This document shows, piece after piece, positions 1 to 8,308 of a stretch of DNA of 64,000 bases (positions within the stretch are counted from its first letter, which is position 1; each line of letters starts with the position of its first letter). The notes under the pieces were generated by a model. The model was not told the DNA's origin. It made no database searches and was given only the letters and a program-made list of their open reading frames with translations. This DNA comes from Oscillospiraceae bacterium. Lineage in GTDB: Bacteria; Bacillota; Clostridia; Oscillospirales; CAG-272. The translations under genes were made by a program, and so were the position numbers. Where the stretch lies: positions 400 to 64,399 of the forward strand of contig SVTR01000015.1 of the NCBI GenBank assembly GCA_015063685.1, given 5' to 3'.

Positions 1-173
1 CCTCCTGTTGCGGTTTCACCGTCCTCGGGGATCGGGATCGTAACGATTGCAGAAGCAAGAACGTTTTCTCCATCTTCCGCGAACGCAGTAAGAGAAGCAA
101 ACGGAACAAGCGCAAGCACCATTACGAGTACGAGCAGAATTGACAAGAGCTTTGACTTAAATTGTGTTTTCAT
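1..173 (-). CDS. Secreted surface protein, N-terminal fragment (gene runs off the window start); paralog of the 233..4033 product
   Basis: Absent from the ORF track because it is truncated. Reverse-strand ATG at 171-173 with AGGAG about 8 nt upstream. Hand translation MKTQFKSKLLSILLVLVMVLALVPFASLTAFAEDGENVLASAIVTIPIPEDGETATGG stays open to position 1. Its signal peptide is nearly identical to that of the upstream 1266-aa protein. Confidence 0.6.
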   Translation of the reverse strand, partial: MKTQFKSKLLSILLVLVMVLALVPFASLTAFAEDGENVLASAIVTIPIPEDGETATG

Positions 174-232
174 TGTCTTTTTCTCCTTTGGGATCCCCTT
201 GCCTCAGCAGGCAAGGGGATGTGTATCAGCGT

Positions 233-3200
233 TTATGATTTCTTGAACAGGGCGAGAAGATCAGCAAATCGCTTTTTCTTGATTACAAACCAGAAGATCG
301 CAAATCCGCCGATGCCGGCAAGGACAACGGATACGATGACGATGGCCACGATCATTCCGACGGTCGCTCCGTCATCCGTGTTGCCCAAAGCAGGAGGAAT
401 GGGGGAGGTTCCGGATTCCATAGTCTCGGTTTCCCCTGGCTTGTTTTCTGCTGTTCCCAACTCGTCGGGGTCGGTCTCATCGGGCTCAGTCTCATCGGGC
501 TCAGTCTCATTGGGTTTATTCTCATCAGGCTCGGTCTCATCAGGCGTTGTTTCATCGGTCTCTGTTTCATCGCCCGTAGCGAAAGCGGCATCGCAAACAT
601 CGCACTTGCCGTTATGATCGCTGTCTGCGTGGGCACCCTTTTCAAGCTCCTGACCCTCACAGCCGACGCATTCGTGCCAATGGTTCTGTTCGTCACTCTT
701 CCACTCATCCTTGGGGGTATGGGTGGTATGACCCAGGGCAGGGGTGATGATATATCCGCAATCCGAGCACTTCACAGGCTCGTCTTCGGTTGCCTCGGCT
801 CTGTCGGGGGTATGGGCGACAGGTGTATCCTGAGCGCCGCATTCACAGACGTTGGCGTGGCCGTCAGCACCCTTGTAGCCGTTTTCGATGATGTATGCGT
901 GCTCCGCAAGCTCTCCGTATTTTTCGCCGCAGGTGGCGCAGGTGGCTTTCTCGGTGCAGGTGGCCGTACCGCCCGCACACTCTGCCAGCTTGCCGTATTC
1001 ATGGTGGCAGATTTCACAGATGGATTTTTCTTTGCAGGTAGCTACACCACCCTCATGATAGCTCCAGTCACTATATACATCGCAATTCTCACAGAAGTTG
1101 GCACACTTCATGTCATCTACGTACTGATAATCGGGAACGGAAAAATCGTGATCCGCGTAATATTCGTAGCCGCAAAGTGCACATGTGCCCTTGGTTTGGC
1201 AGGTTGCGGTGCCGCCCTTATGCTCGGTGTACATCTCCCATTCTTCGTTGGGATCGGGACAGCCCGAAACGATACAGGGCTGCCAGTGTGCGTATTCGTC
1301 ATGATCCCATACTGTGTCACTGTATTGGTGCTTGTGTATGGCAGTCACTTTGCCGGTGTAAAACGCCTTGCCCGAGTTAGGAACAGAGCCTGCATTGTCA
1401 ACTTTTTGACCGTAAATGTAGGAAATGGTCATGTCTCCATTAAAATCAAGCGAAAAACCTTCCTTGGCTTGGAATTGGATATAATACTCATATACAGTGC
1501 CTTCCACATAAGTATCGTCACCATTCATGGTGTTGCCTGTTTCCTCAGGCCACCACATGATACCTATCAAGCTTACGCCATCAGCAGAAATGCCACTATC
1601 TAATCGTGTTTCGCCGTTCTTGGGATAGGACATTTTTACATTGAGCACGGTGATAACGTTGGTGATCACGTGTTGCTCACCGATGCCGTATTTGCCGTCG
1701 ACGAGAGTGACCTTGCAGTGGATATAGCTATCTTTGTCGGTAGTTTTTACGGTGTAGGAGGGGTCTGTCGCGTTCTTGATGGCCTCGCCGTTCTTATACC
1801 ACTGATAAAATACCGTCTGATAGGTGGGATTTGCAGCTTCGTAAGCGTGCTTAAAAGTGCCGTTTTCGGCGCACATCTTTTCAATATCCACCGTCAGGGT
1901 GACACCGATACCGATTTCTCCGTTTGCCTTGTAATATACGGGGAAGTCTGCCTCGGGAACGGTGAATTCATAGAAGAAGCGTCCGGCGTCCAGCTTGTCT
2001 TTCATCAGTTCGTCGTTTACATAGACATTTGCACCGTAAGCAACAGTCACGCCGTCCTGCTCTATGATCTTACCGACTATGAGATAGCTTTTACCGGGAA
2101 TCAAAATCGAGTTGGCCACGCTTTGGGGATTTCCGTAAGAATTATTTCCGAGTATCTCATAAATAGCCATGCTCTCTGTATCAATAGAAATTCCGGGGGT
2201 TGCCACGGACATCTGGGGAGCCTTGCCGCCCGCAACAATATCACTGGCGTTCAGATAGACCTGATACAGATCCCCGCTGCAAGTCACGTTATGTCCGTAA
2301 TTGCTCTTGCCGTCCGCTGTCACAGCTACGTAAAATATGCCCGCCACATCCTCTGCGGTAAAGTTGTAGACAGCATCCGTCGCGCCCTCAATAGCCTCGC
2401 CGTTTCTGTACCATTGATAGGTAACCTTGCCCGCGTCAAGGGCTGATTTGAATTCCGCGCTTTGAGAGGCCATCAATGCGGTGTCAAGCAGGATCTTACC
2501 GCCGACACCCAGTTGAGAATTGTTGGTGTCATACACAATGCTAAATCCCACAGAGGGTGTAGCCTCAAAGGTGTACTCGATATACGCGTACTGGGAGTTT
2601 GCGTTCACCGTCGCGCTCTTGCCGTTGACCGTGGCTGTTACGGTGTCACTAAATTTGTTTCCCTCGGGGGGATAGACAAGCATATTTACGGTATAACTTT
2701 TACCCGCTCTGAAAACAGCGTAATCGCCCTTCAAGGCGGATTCCTCACGCCATTCAACGGCTTGGAGGATCACGCCGTTTTCCAAAGTAATCTTGGTATC
2801 GTTGACACTTTGTCCGGGGATGAGATCATCAACGGTAACGCTTACCGACTTGACGGCTTCCTTACCGTAATATGCCGCCAAGGTAACGGGCGCGGGTACC
2901 ATTGTAAAGGTAGTCGAGGCACTAAAATCGTCAGCAAGCTTAACTCCGCTGGTGTCCCAACGGACAAATTCCATGCCCTCCTCAGGGGTATGGGCTACGA
3001 CGGTGACCTCCTGCCCGTAGCTCGCCTCGGTGACGGGCTTGCCGCCAACCATGGCAATACCCGATTCAACCGTTACGGGATATTTCTTTTCATAGGAAAT
3101 CACTCTTACAGGATTGGCAAAGGAAGAGTTATCGGTTTTAGTCAGAGAATATCCTGTCCATGAATACCAATAATATGCCTTATTCTGCTCCTTTGCCTCA

Positions 3201-4033
3201 AAGTTCGTTCCCACGAATATATCCTCGGTCAACACCTGTCCGTTGACCGTCACCTCGTGGGTAGCAATAGAAAACGCGTCAATCTGCGAGCTGCTTACCT
3301 GTACACCCGATTTGAAGAAGGCGTCATTGATGACCAACGCGCCTTTACTCTCGGAGTAAAGAGCACCGTAGCCGTCAACGTATTGAGTCGGTGTACCGTC
3401 ACCCATAGTGGTATGGATGTAGGGACCGTCAAGGGTCAGAGACGCGCTATTTTCCAAATACAGGGCAAATCCGTTTTGAACAGCGTACTCGCCGCCGTCA
3501 AGGGTGACCTTGGCGGAGGAATTCGCATAAACCACCGTACCTGTATATTTGTTTTGCATATTTACGTCGATGGCAGTAAGGGTGGAGTCATCCTTGACAG
3601 CCACAACACCTTTGGCTTTACGGTTGGCTTTTGTAGAATAATTATCAAAAATCAGGCTACCGTCCTTGACCTCAATCTTTGAGCTGTTTGACACCTCGAT
3701 CATGGAAAACTCACCGGTGTAAAACTCGTTGATATGATTGAGCACCGTCAGCTCATAGCCGTTCAGATCAAGAACGTAATCCATGCCGCCGTTAAATACA
3801 AGGCGGTGTTTTGTGGGAAGCTCATCGTCGGGAACGATGTCTTCAATGTTGTTTCTGAGCTTGATATACGTCTTGTCGGAGTTGACCGCGCCCAGCAACT
3901 CACCCCAGGTGCTAACTTCTGTAATCTCAGGCTCATCTGCCGAAGCAGGCAGGGCGGAAAAGGGAATCGCGGCAAGTACCATGACCAGTACGAGCAGGAT
4001 GGACAGTAATTTTGTTTTGCAGTTTGTTTTCAT
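233..4033 (-). CDS. Large secreted surface protein with C-terminal membrane anchor (beta-helix-like N-region, Ig-like repeats, His/Cys3 modules, acidic linker)
   Basis: 1266-aa ORF with AGGAG SD and signal peptide MKTNCKTKLLSILLVLVMVLAAIPFSALPASA. Repeated YQWY[RK]NGEAI units; about 8 modules of the type GGTATCQTKGTCALCGYEY; DETEP-type acidic repeats. Terminal TM helix followed by KKKR. Confidence 0.85.
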   Translation of the reverse strand: MKTNCKTKLLSILLVLVMVLAAIPFSALPASADEPEITEVSTWGELLGAVNSDKTYIKLRNNIEDIVPDDELPTKHRLVFNGGMDYVLDLNGYELTVLNHINEFYTGEFSMIEVSNSSKIEVKDGSLIFDNYSTKANRKAKGVVAVKDDSTLTAIDVNMQNKYTGTVVYANSSAKVTLDGGEYAVQNGFALYLENSASLTLDGPYIHTTMGDGTPTQYVDGYGALYSESKGALVINDAFFKSGVQVSSSQIDAFSIATHEVTVNGQVLTEDIFVGTNFEAKEQNKAYYWYSWTGYSLTKTDNSSFANPVRVISYEKKYPVTVESGIAMVGGKPVTEASYGQEVTVVAHTPEEGMEFVRWDTSGVKLADDFSASTTFTMVPAPVTLAAYYGKEAVKSVSVTVDDLIPGQSVNDTKITLENGVILQAVEWREESALKGDYAVFRAGKSYTVNMLVYPPEGNKFSDTVTATVNGKSATVNANSQYAYIEYTFEATPSVGFSIVYDTNNSQLGVGGKILLDTALMASQSAEFKSALDAGKVTYQWYRNGEAIEGATDAVYNFTAEDVAGIFYVAVTADGKSNYGHNVTCSGDLYQVYLNASDIVAGGKAPQMSVATPGISIDTESMAIYEILGNNSYGNPQSVANSILIPGKSYLIVGKIIEQDGVTVAYGANVYVNDELMKDKLDAGRFFYEFTVPEADFPVYYKANGEIGIGVTLTVDIEKMCAENGTFKHAYEAANPTYQTVFYQWYKNGEAIKNATDPSYTVKTTDKDSYIHCKVTLVDGKYGIGEQHVITNVITVLNVKMSYPKNGETRLDSGISADGVSLIGIMWWPEETGNTMNGDDTYVEGTVYEYYIQFQAKEGFSLDFNGDMTISYIYGQKVDNAGSVPNSGKAFYTGKVTAIHKHQYSDTVWDHDEYAHWQPCIVSGCPDPNEEWEMYTEHKGGTATCQTKGTCALCGYEYYADHDFSVPDYQYVDDMKCANFCENCDVYSDWSYHEGGVATCKEKSICEICHHEYGKLAECAGGTATCTEKATCATCGEKYGELAEHAYIIENGYKGADGHANVCECGAQDTPVAHTPDRAEATEDEPVKCSDCGYIITPALGHTTHTPKDEWKSDEQNHWHECVGCEGQELEKGAHADSDHNGKCDVCDAAFATGDETETDETTPDETEPDENKPNETEPDETEPDETDPDELGTAENKPGETETMESGTSPIPPALGNTDDGATVGMIVAIVIVSVVLAGIGGFAIFWFVIKKKRFADLLALFKKS

Positions 4034-4053
4034 GATAATTTCTCCTTTGCCGT

Positions 4054-4509
4054 TTACACGGGAACTGCCGCATCGGCGCCCGTTGTGCTTAAATTGAGTT
4101 GGATTTTTTCAAGGATTTCAATGAAAGGGAGCTTTCCCCCCACGGCTTTTCTGTAGACCTCGTCGTATTTCATCATGATCTGACCGGGCAAGATATGCAC
4201 ATCGCCGTTGCCGTCGGTAAATTCAATGTTGAAATACCAAAGAGCGCTTTTGCGACCTCCGAACCCCACCGGGCAGAAAAAGGATATCTTTCGGTCATGA
4301 AATTTTATTTCCATGGAACCGTATTCCCGGCATCCGCCCAATACGTTTTCGCCGTATAGCGGCATACCGCTATCGAAATACAACGTATAGATTTCACCTG
4401 GGGCGCTGACGAACAGATAATCAGTGGTATCATCCCTGTCGGTAATGCGCTCATGTCCTTTGGGAATGGGAATGTCGAATTCGCCAAAAAGAACCCGCTC
4501 TTTTATCAT
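4054..4509 (-). CDS. Hypothetical cytoplasmic protein (151 aa), first gene of the surface-protein operon
   Basis: ORF track entry; GGAGGTG SD upstream of the ATG; no signal peptide. Its 5' end and promoter are duplicated at 21778-22069. Confidence 0.7.
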   Translation of the reverse strand: MIKERVLFGEFDIPIPKGHERITDRDDTTDYLFVSAPGEIYTLYFDSGMPLYGENVLGGCREYGSMEIKFHDRKISFFCPVGFGGRKSALWYFNIEFTDGNGDVHILPGQIMMKYDEVYRKAVGGKLPFIEILEKIQLNLSTTGADAAVPV

Positions 4510-4573
4510 TTACTACTCACCTCCTACTCAAATAACATCATGTACGATGACGGGTCTTTGCTTTTGTAGATAT

Positions 4574-4664
4574 ACTATAACATATATCGTAATAAAAATA
4601 ATACACCCCCAAAGGGTGTTTTTGGGGTGTTTTTGGGCGTTTTTAGGGTGTATAAGGGTGTATT
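4574..4664 (-). promoter_or_regulatory. Phased ACACCC-box array plus extended -10 (TGTTATAGT); promoter of the 4509..1 operon
   Basis: On the minus strand: ATACACCCttATACACCCtaaaaACGCCCaaaaACACCCcaaaaACACCCtttGGGGGTGT. Box spacing is 10/11/10/11 bp, followed by gatatatgTTATAGTat. Same architecture as 21778-21867. Confidence 0.5.
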
Positions 4665-4680
4665 TGTGGCAATATGCAAC

Positions 4681-4710
4681 AAAAAGCGGCAGCCGAAGCT
4701 ACCGCTTTTT
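4681..4710 (-). terminator. Rho-independent terminator after the LuxR-type gene
   Basis: AAAAA-GCGGCAGC-cgaa-GCTACCGC-TTTTT: 8-bp stem with one mismatch, flanked by A and T runs, 18 nt after the stop at 4728. Confidence 0.6.
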
Positions 4711-4727
4711 ATATTATGCAACTGTGA

Positions 4728-5687
4728 TCACGATTTGAAAATCGAATAGATTTCGTCACGGCTGGACACATCCAGCACGCGGTAAAGAGAAGAAGTATGC
4801 ATCTTTACCGTATTTTCGGACAGATGAAGATCCGCCGCCATCTCCTTGCGGCTTTTTCCGTCGAGAATCCCCTCCAGCACGTCCATCTGACGGGCGGAAA
4901 GGGTCGTACCCTGGGGAACTCTTGTCAGAATTGTCTGGATTTTTTCGGCTCGCGACATGGTGTCCACCACGATCACGGGACCCTTTTCCTCAACGATGAC
5001 AGGCGGGGGGATATCCCTCACGTGAATGTAATCCTGAAGAAGAACGTACACAAAGAAAAATACAGTTTCGCTCATCAGATAGGAAACGGACAAAAACTCA
5101 AAGTTCAAGGGTATGAATTTTTCGATGATCCAGATACCGATGTTGCCCATCACCACAGCCATCATAAGCCCAGCCAACTTTTGAGAGCCCTCTTTGTTTC
5201 GCCGCAGAGAAATGGCAATGACGGTTATCATAGCAGAAAAATATCCGAGGATATATACAAGATATATGGGATGAAGAAATCCGTATTTTTTTACCAGCTT
5301 GGCCGCGCCATCAGCGTATTCAAGGGTGACGCTGGCGTAGTACCAATCCAAATATCCCGTGGTCAGAACCATAGAGAACATCAGAATTGATACGCCGATC
5401 AGGGAAAAGATCACCGCACGGCGATAGTGGAAGCCGCAGAGCTTGGAGATGATCATAAACATACAAAGGGGTATGAAGACCTGACCCAAATATGCGATCT
5501 TATTGGCGCACAAAGCAAAGAAAACATTGCGTGACAGGGCCAGTAGCAGCCAACCGAGAGTGGTTACGCAGACGCACAGATACAGGAAGAATAGCCAGGG
5601 CTCATTTTGCTTGTTCCGTACGAACATAAAATATCCGATGGGCAACAGCAGCGCCAAAATGAATATGATGACATATGCGACAATCAA
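4728..5687 (-). CDS. Membrane-integral LuxR/GerE-family transcriptional regulator
   Basis: The N-terminal ~230 aa are very hydrophobic (about 6 predicted TM segments). C-terminal LSARQMDVLEGILDGKSRKEMAADLHLSENTVKMHTSSLYRVL is a LuxR-type HTH. Confidence 0.8.
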   Translation of the reverse strand: MIVAYVIIFILALLLPIGYFMFVRNKQNEPWLFFLYLCVCVTTLGWLLLALSRNVFFALCANKIAYLGQVFIPLCMFMIISKLCGFHYRRAVIFSLIGVSILMFSMVLTTGYLDWYYASVTLEYADGAAKLVKKYGFLHPIYLVYILGYFSAMITVIAISLRRNKEGSQKLAGLMMAVVMGNIGIWIIEKFIPLNFEFLSVSYLMSETVFFFVYVLLQDYIHVRDIPPPVIVEEKGPVIVVDTMSRAEKIQTILTRVPQGTTLSARQMDVLEGILDGKSRKEMAADLHLSENTVKMHTSSLYRVLDVSSRDEIYSIFKS

Positions 5688-5837
5688 AGATCATACCTCC
5701 TTTACCACATATTCATATGTATTATAACACACCTCCGACAAAAAAACAAGTCCTTACGGCAAAAATAAGTGGTAGCGTTATAAAAAAGCCATTGGATATA
5801 TCAATTTTCGGTGCTTCTGCATACGTCCCGACAAAGA

Positions 5838-5870
5838 GTGCCCCAACGCAAAAATATTGCGTTGGGGCAC
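5838..5870 (-). terminator. Hairpin terminator after the MBL/LamG lipoprotein gene
   Basis: GTGCCCCAACGC / GCGTTGGGGCAC perfect 12-bp stem, 9-nt loop, short T-rich tail on the minus strand. Confidence 0.55.
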
Positions 5871-5879
5871 TTGGATCCT

Positions 5880-7934
5880 TTAGTTCTCAGCTCCAAAACC
5901 GTCTACAGCAGCGTTAGCCATAACCTCCTCAGACGTCAGGGCACGGTCATAGAAGCGGATGGAACGGTAGGTGGTGTCGAACATCTTGTTCTGAGCGTTG
6001 TGCCCGATGAAGAGATCCGACGCGCCCAAGGAACCGTTGATGGTGGGGGTCTCACCCATCAGCTCACCGTTGACGTACAGACGAACCACGTCATTCTGGG
6101 CGTAGGTAATGGTGATCAGACTGTTCTGCAAAAGATTCAGGCAGTCCTTGACCTTGATGCGGACGCCGGCGTTGATCTGGAACTTCAGCTCCAGCTCGTC
6201 CACGGAATTACGGCGGAACAGGGCGATCTCGTCACCCGAGCCGTTGATGAAGGTGTTGAACTCGTTGCCCACCGACACGAAATCACCCAGCAGGATCTCA
6301 ATGGTGAAGGCCTGGCCGTTGACCGTGTCCACGATGGCCTCGGGGAAGTTGTGCTTGACGCCCTTGGCCCGCAGACCCGTATCCGAGAAGTAGTTGTCGG
6401 CATTTTTGATGATTGTCATATCGTGACCGCCCACCAGATCCTGCCAAACGGTGGAATCCTTATCGTGACCGTTACGAGTGGACTGAGTACCGCTGTAGTA
6501 GGCCACCAGACCCTCGCTTACATAGTCGTGCTCAACGGGCTCGATCACCTCGGGCTCGGTCTCGGGCTCAGTCTCAGGCTCGGGACGCTCGGGCACGATA
6601 TAGGGGAACTCGATCTTCATGCCGTCAATCACACGGTCCCAGGGCAGCACCTTGGTGCTGGCAGAGGGATATCTGTCATACAGACAGGAAACGATATCAT
6701 ATTCGCTGTCCTTATAGAAGGTCTCTCCGTACAGCCACTGGCGGACGTCGTCGATCTGGTAGATACCGTTGGAGTTGTTCCACACCCAGATGGGGGTGGG
6801 CCACAGGTGGACGTCGGCGTCGATGGCCATATAAACGTCCTTGTTTACGCCTGCCTGGCCGTGGTGAGCCATCTGGACGATGTCGCTCTTCAGCCCATCG
6901 CCATAGGTCGTCAGCAGACGGCGACCGCCAATGCTACCCAGATCGTTGAGGAACAGCACGCTCTGCTCTCCGATCCAAGCCCGAAGAACAAGGGAGGTGT
7001 CATTCATGTTAGAGGTACCGTCGGCGGGATCCCAGGTCTGAAGAACGTCGATCTTCACACCGTCGATCTCAAGGGAAAGACCCTTGGCCACAGACTCACG
7101 ATTGATGAACGCGCCGTTCAGATCATCGTAGTAGGTAGAGCCATCCTTGACCTCGGCCCCGATGACCTGGCCGTACTTGTTCATATTCTCTCTGATTTGG
7201 GAAATTTCCATGTCCCCGTTGGCCGCGGGGTATTCCTCGCTGCCGAACTCGGGGAAATCGAAATAGATGTTGTTGATCTTATAGTTGGAATCCGCCGTAT
7301 AATCCCGCATCATCTTGGACAGCTCGTACATGTGATCCTTGTGAGCGTGAGAGAGGAACCAAGCCTCTACCTCAAAGTACGCGCCCTCTTCCAAACCCAG
7401 AATGGAGCGCAGAGCGGCAGGCATGTAGGGAGCGCGGTCCTTGCCCTCACCGTCAATACCGCCGTCAATGACAATGAGCTTGCCATTGGACGTCTTGATG
7501 ACGTAAGACTGCATCAGACTGTTTTTCTCGGGTGCCAGCTGATACAAAGCCACGGCCGAAGGCTCGACAGGTTCTTCCACCGCTTCGGTTGTAGCTTCCT
7601 CGACGGTGGGCGTGGTTTCATCAACCTCCTCGTCGGTTGTCGTTTCGGTAGATTCGGTTTCAGCAGGCGCCGTTTCAACGGGCTCGGTTTCGGCAATTAC
7701 CGTTTCAGCGGGGTTGGTTTCGGCAGCAACCGTTTCAGCGGGCTTGGTTTCCGCAGGCTTTGTTTCGGGGGCAACTGTTTCGGAGGGCTGGGTCTCTTGG
7801 GGAAGAGTCTCCTCCGCAAGGGTCGTGGCATCCGTGGTGGGCTCTTGCGGCAAGTCTTGCGCGCAGGCGAACAGAAGCGCACACATCAAAACCAGTAGTA
7901 GCGCAGGCAGTAGCTTTTTCATCATTCGATACAT
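5880..7934 (-). CDS. Secreted lipoprotein: metallo-beta-lactamase-fold hydrolase fused to a LamG/concanavalin-like domain
   Basis: Lipobox LLFAC; P/E/T-rich linker; HAHKDH (HxHxDH) MBL motif. C-terminal LYVNGEL...IRFYDRALTSEEV is LamG-like. The true start may be the ATG at 7925 (better SD spacing). Confidence 0.8.
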   Translation of the reverse strand: MYRMMKKLLPALLLVLMCALLFACAQDLPQEPTTDATTLAEETLPQETQPSETVAPETKPAETKPAETVAAETNPAETVIAETEPVETAPAETESTETTTDEEVDETTPTVEEATTEAVEEPVEPSAVALYQLAPEKNSLMQSYVIKTSNGKLIVIDGGIDGEGKDRAPYMPAALRSILGLEEGAYFEVEAWFLSHAHKDHMYELSKMMRDYTADSNYKINNIYFDFPEFGSEEYPAANGDMEISQIRENMNKYGQVIGAEVKDGSTYYDDLNGAFINRESVAKGLSLEIDGVKIDVLQTWDPADGTSNMNDTSLVLRAWIGEQSVLFLNDLGSIGGRRLLTTYGDGLKSDIVQMAHHGQAGVNKDVYMAIDADVHLWPTPIWVWNNSNGIYQIDDVRQWLYGETFYKDSEYDIVSCLYDRYPSASTKVLPWDRVIDGMKIEFPYIVPERPEPETEPETEPEVIEPVEHDYVSEGLVAYYSGTQSTRNGHDKDSTVWQDLVGGHDMTIIKNADNYFSDTGLRAKGVKHNFPEAIVDTVNGQAFTIEILLGDFVSVGNEFNTFINGSGDEIALFRRNSVDELELKFQINAGVRIKVKDCLNLLQNSLITITYAQNDVVRLYVNGELMGETPTINGSLGASDLFIGHNAQNKMFDTTYRSIRFYDRALTSEEVMANAAVDGFGAEN

Positions 7935-8168
7935 CCTTTTCTGTTTTTCAAGTCTGCCTTCGTCAAAGAAACACAGGCTTGATAATTGTATTCATTGTAC
8001 CATGGATGCCTCCTTAATCTGTGAATAAGATGTTAATTTTGAATAAATTTGAATAAATATAAAAAGTCTTTCGGCCTTTCGAAAAAAAGACAGTTTTCTC
8101 CAAATGTGCTTATCCCTCAGGTAAATGTGTTTTTGAGTATGATTTGTATGTCTTTTGGTTTAGTCGTC

Positions 8169-8197
8169 TTGACAAAAATTATGCGGTTAGGTATAAT
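8169..8197 (+). promoter_or_regulatory. Consensus sigma-70-type promoter (TTGACA-17-TATAAT)
   Basis: TTGACA at 8169-8174, exact 17-nt spacer, TATAAT at 8192-8197, about 110 nt upstream of the 8309 start. Confidence 0.55.
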
Positions 8198-8308
8198 AAA
8201 AATATCAATTATGGTTGCGATGATAAGAGATGATAAGAAAAGCATCGCACGAGAGCATTGAATCCAAGATATATCCGGAAAGGGTTACTTTTGAACCGGG
8301 AGGTTATT

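Noticed and set aside
162-617. Ser/Gly/Val-rich or Arg/Pro-rich ORFs such as 162..617(+), 11123..11512(-), 7606..8028(+), 43520..43822(-) and 49049..49618(-).
   Set aside because: They are the reverse-complement or off-frame readings of the acidic T/E/P linker repeats of real exported proteins. They are low-complexity and have no start context.
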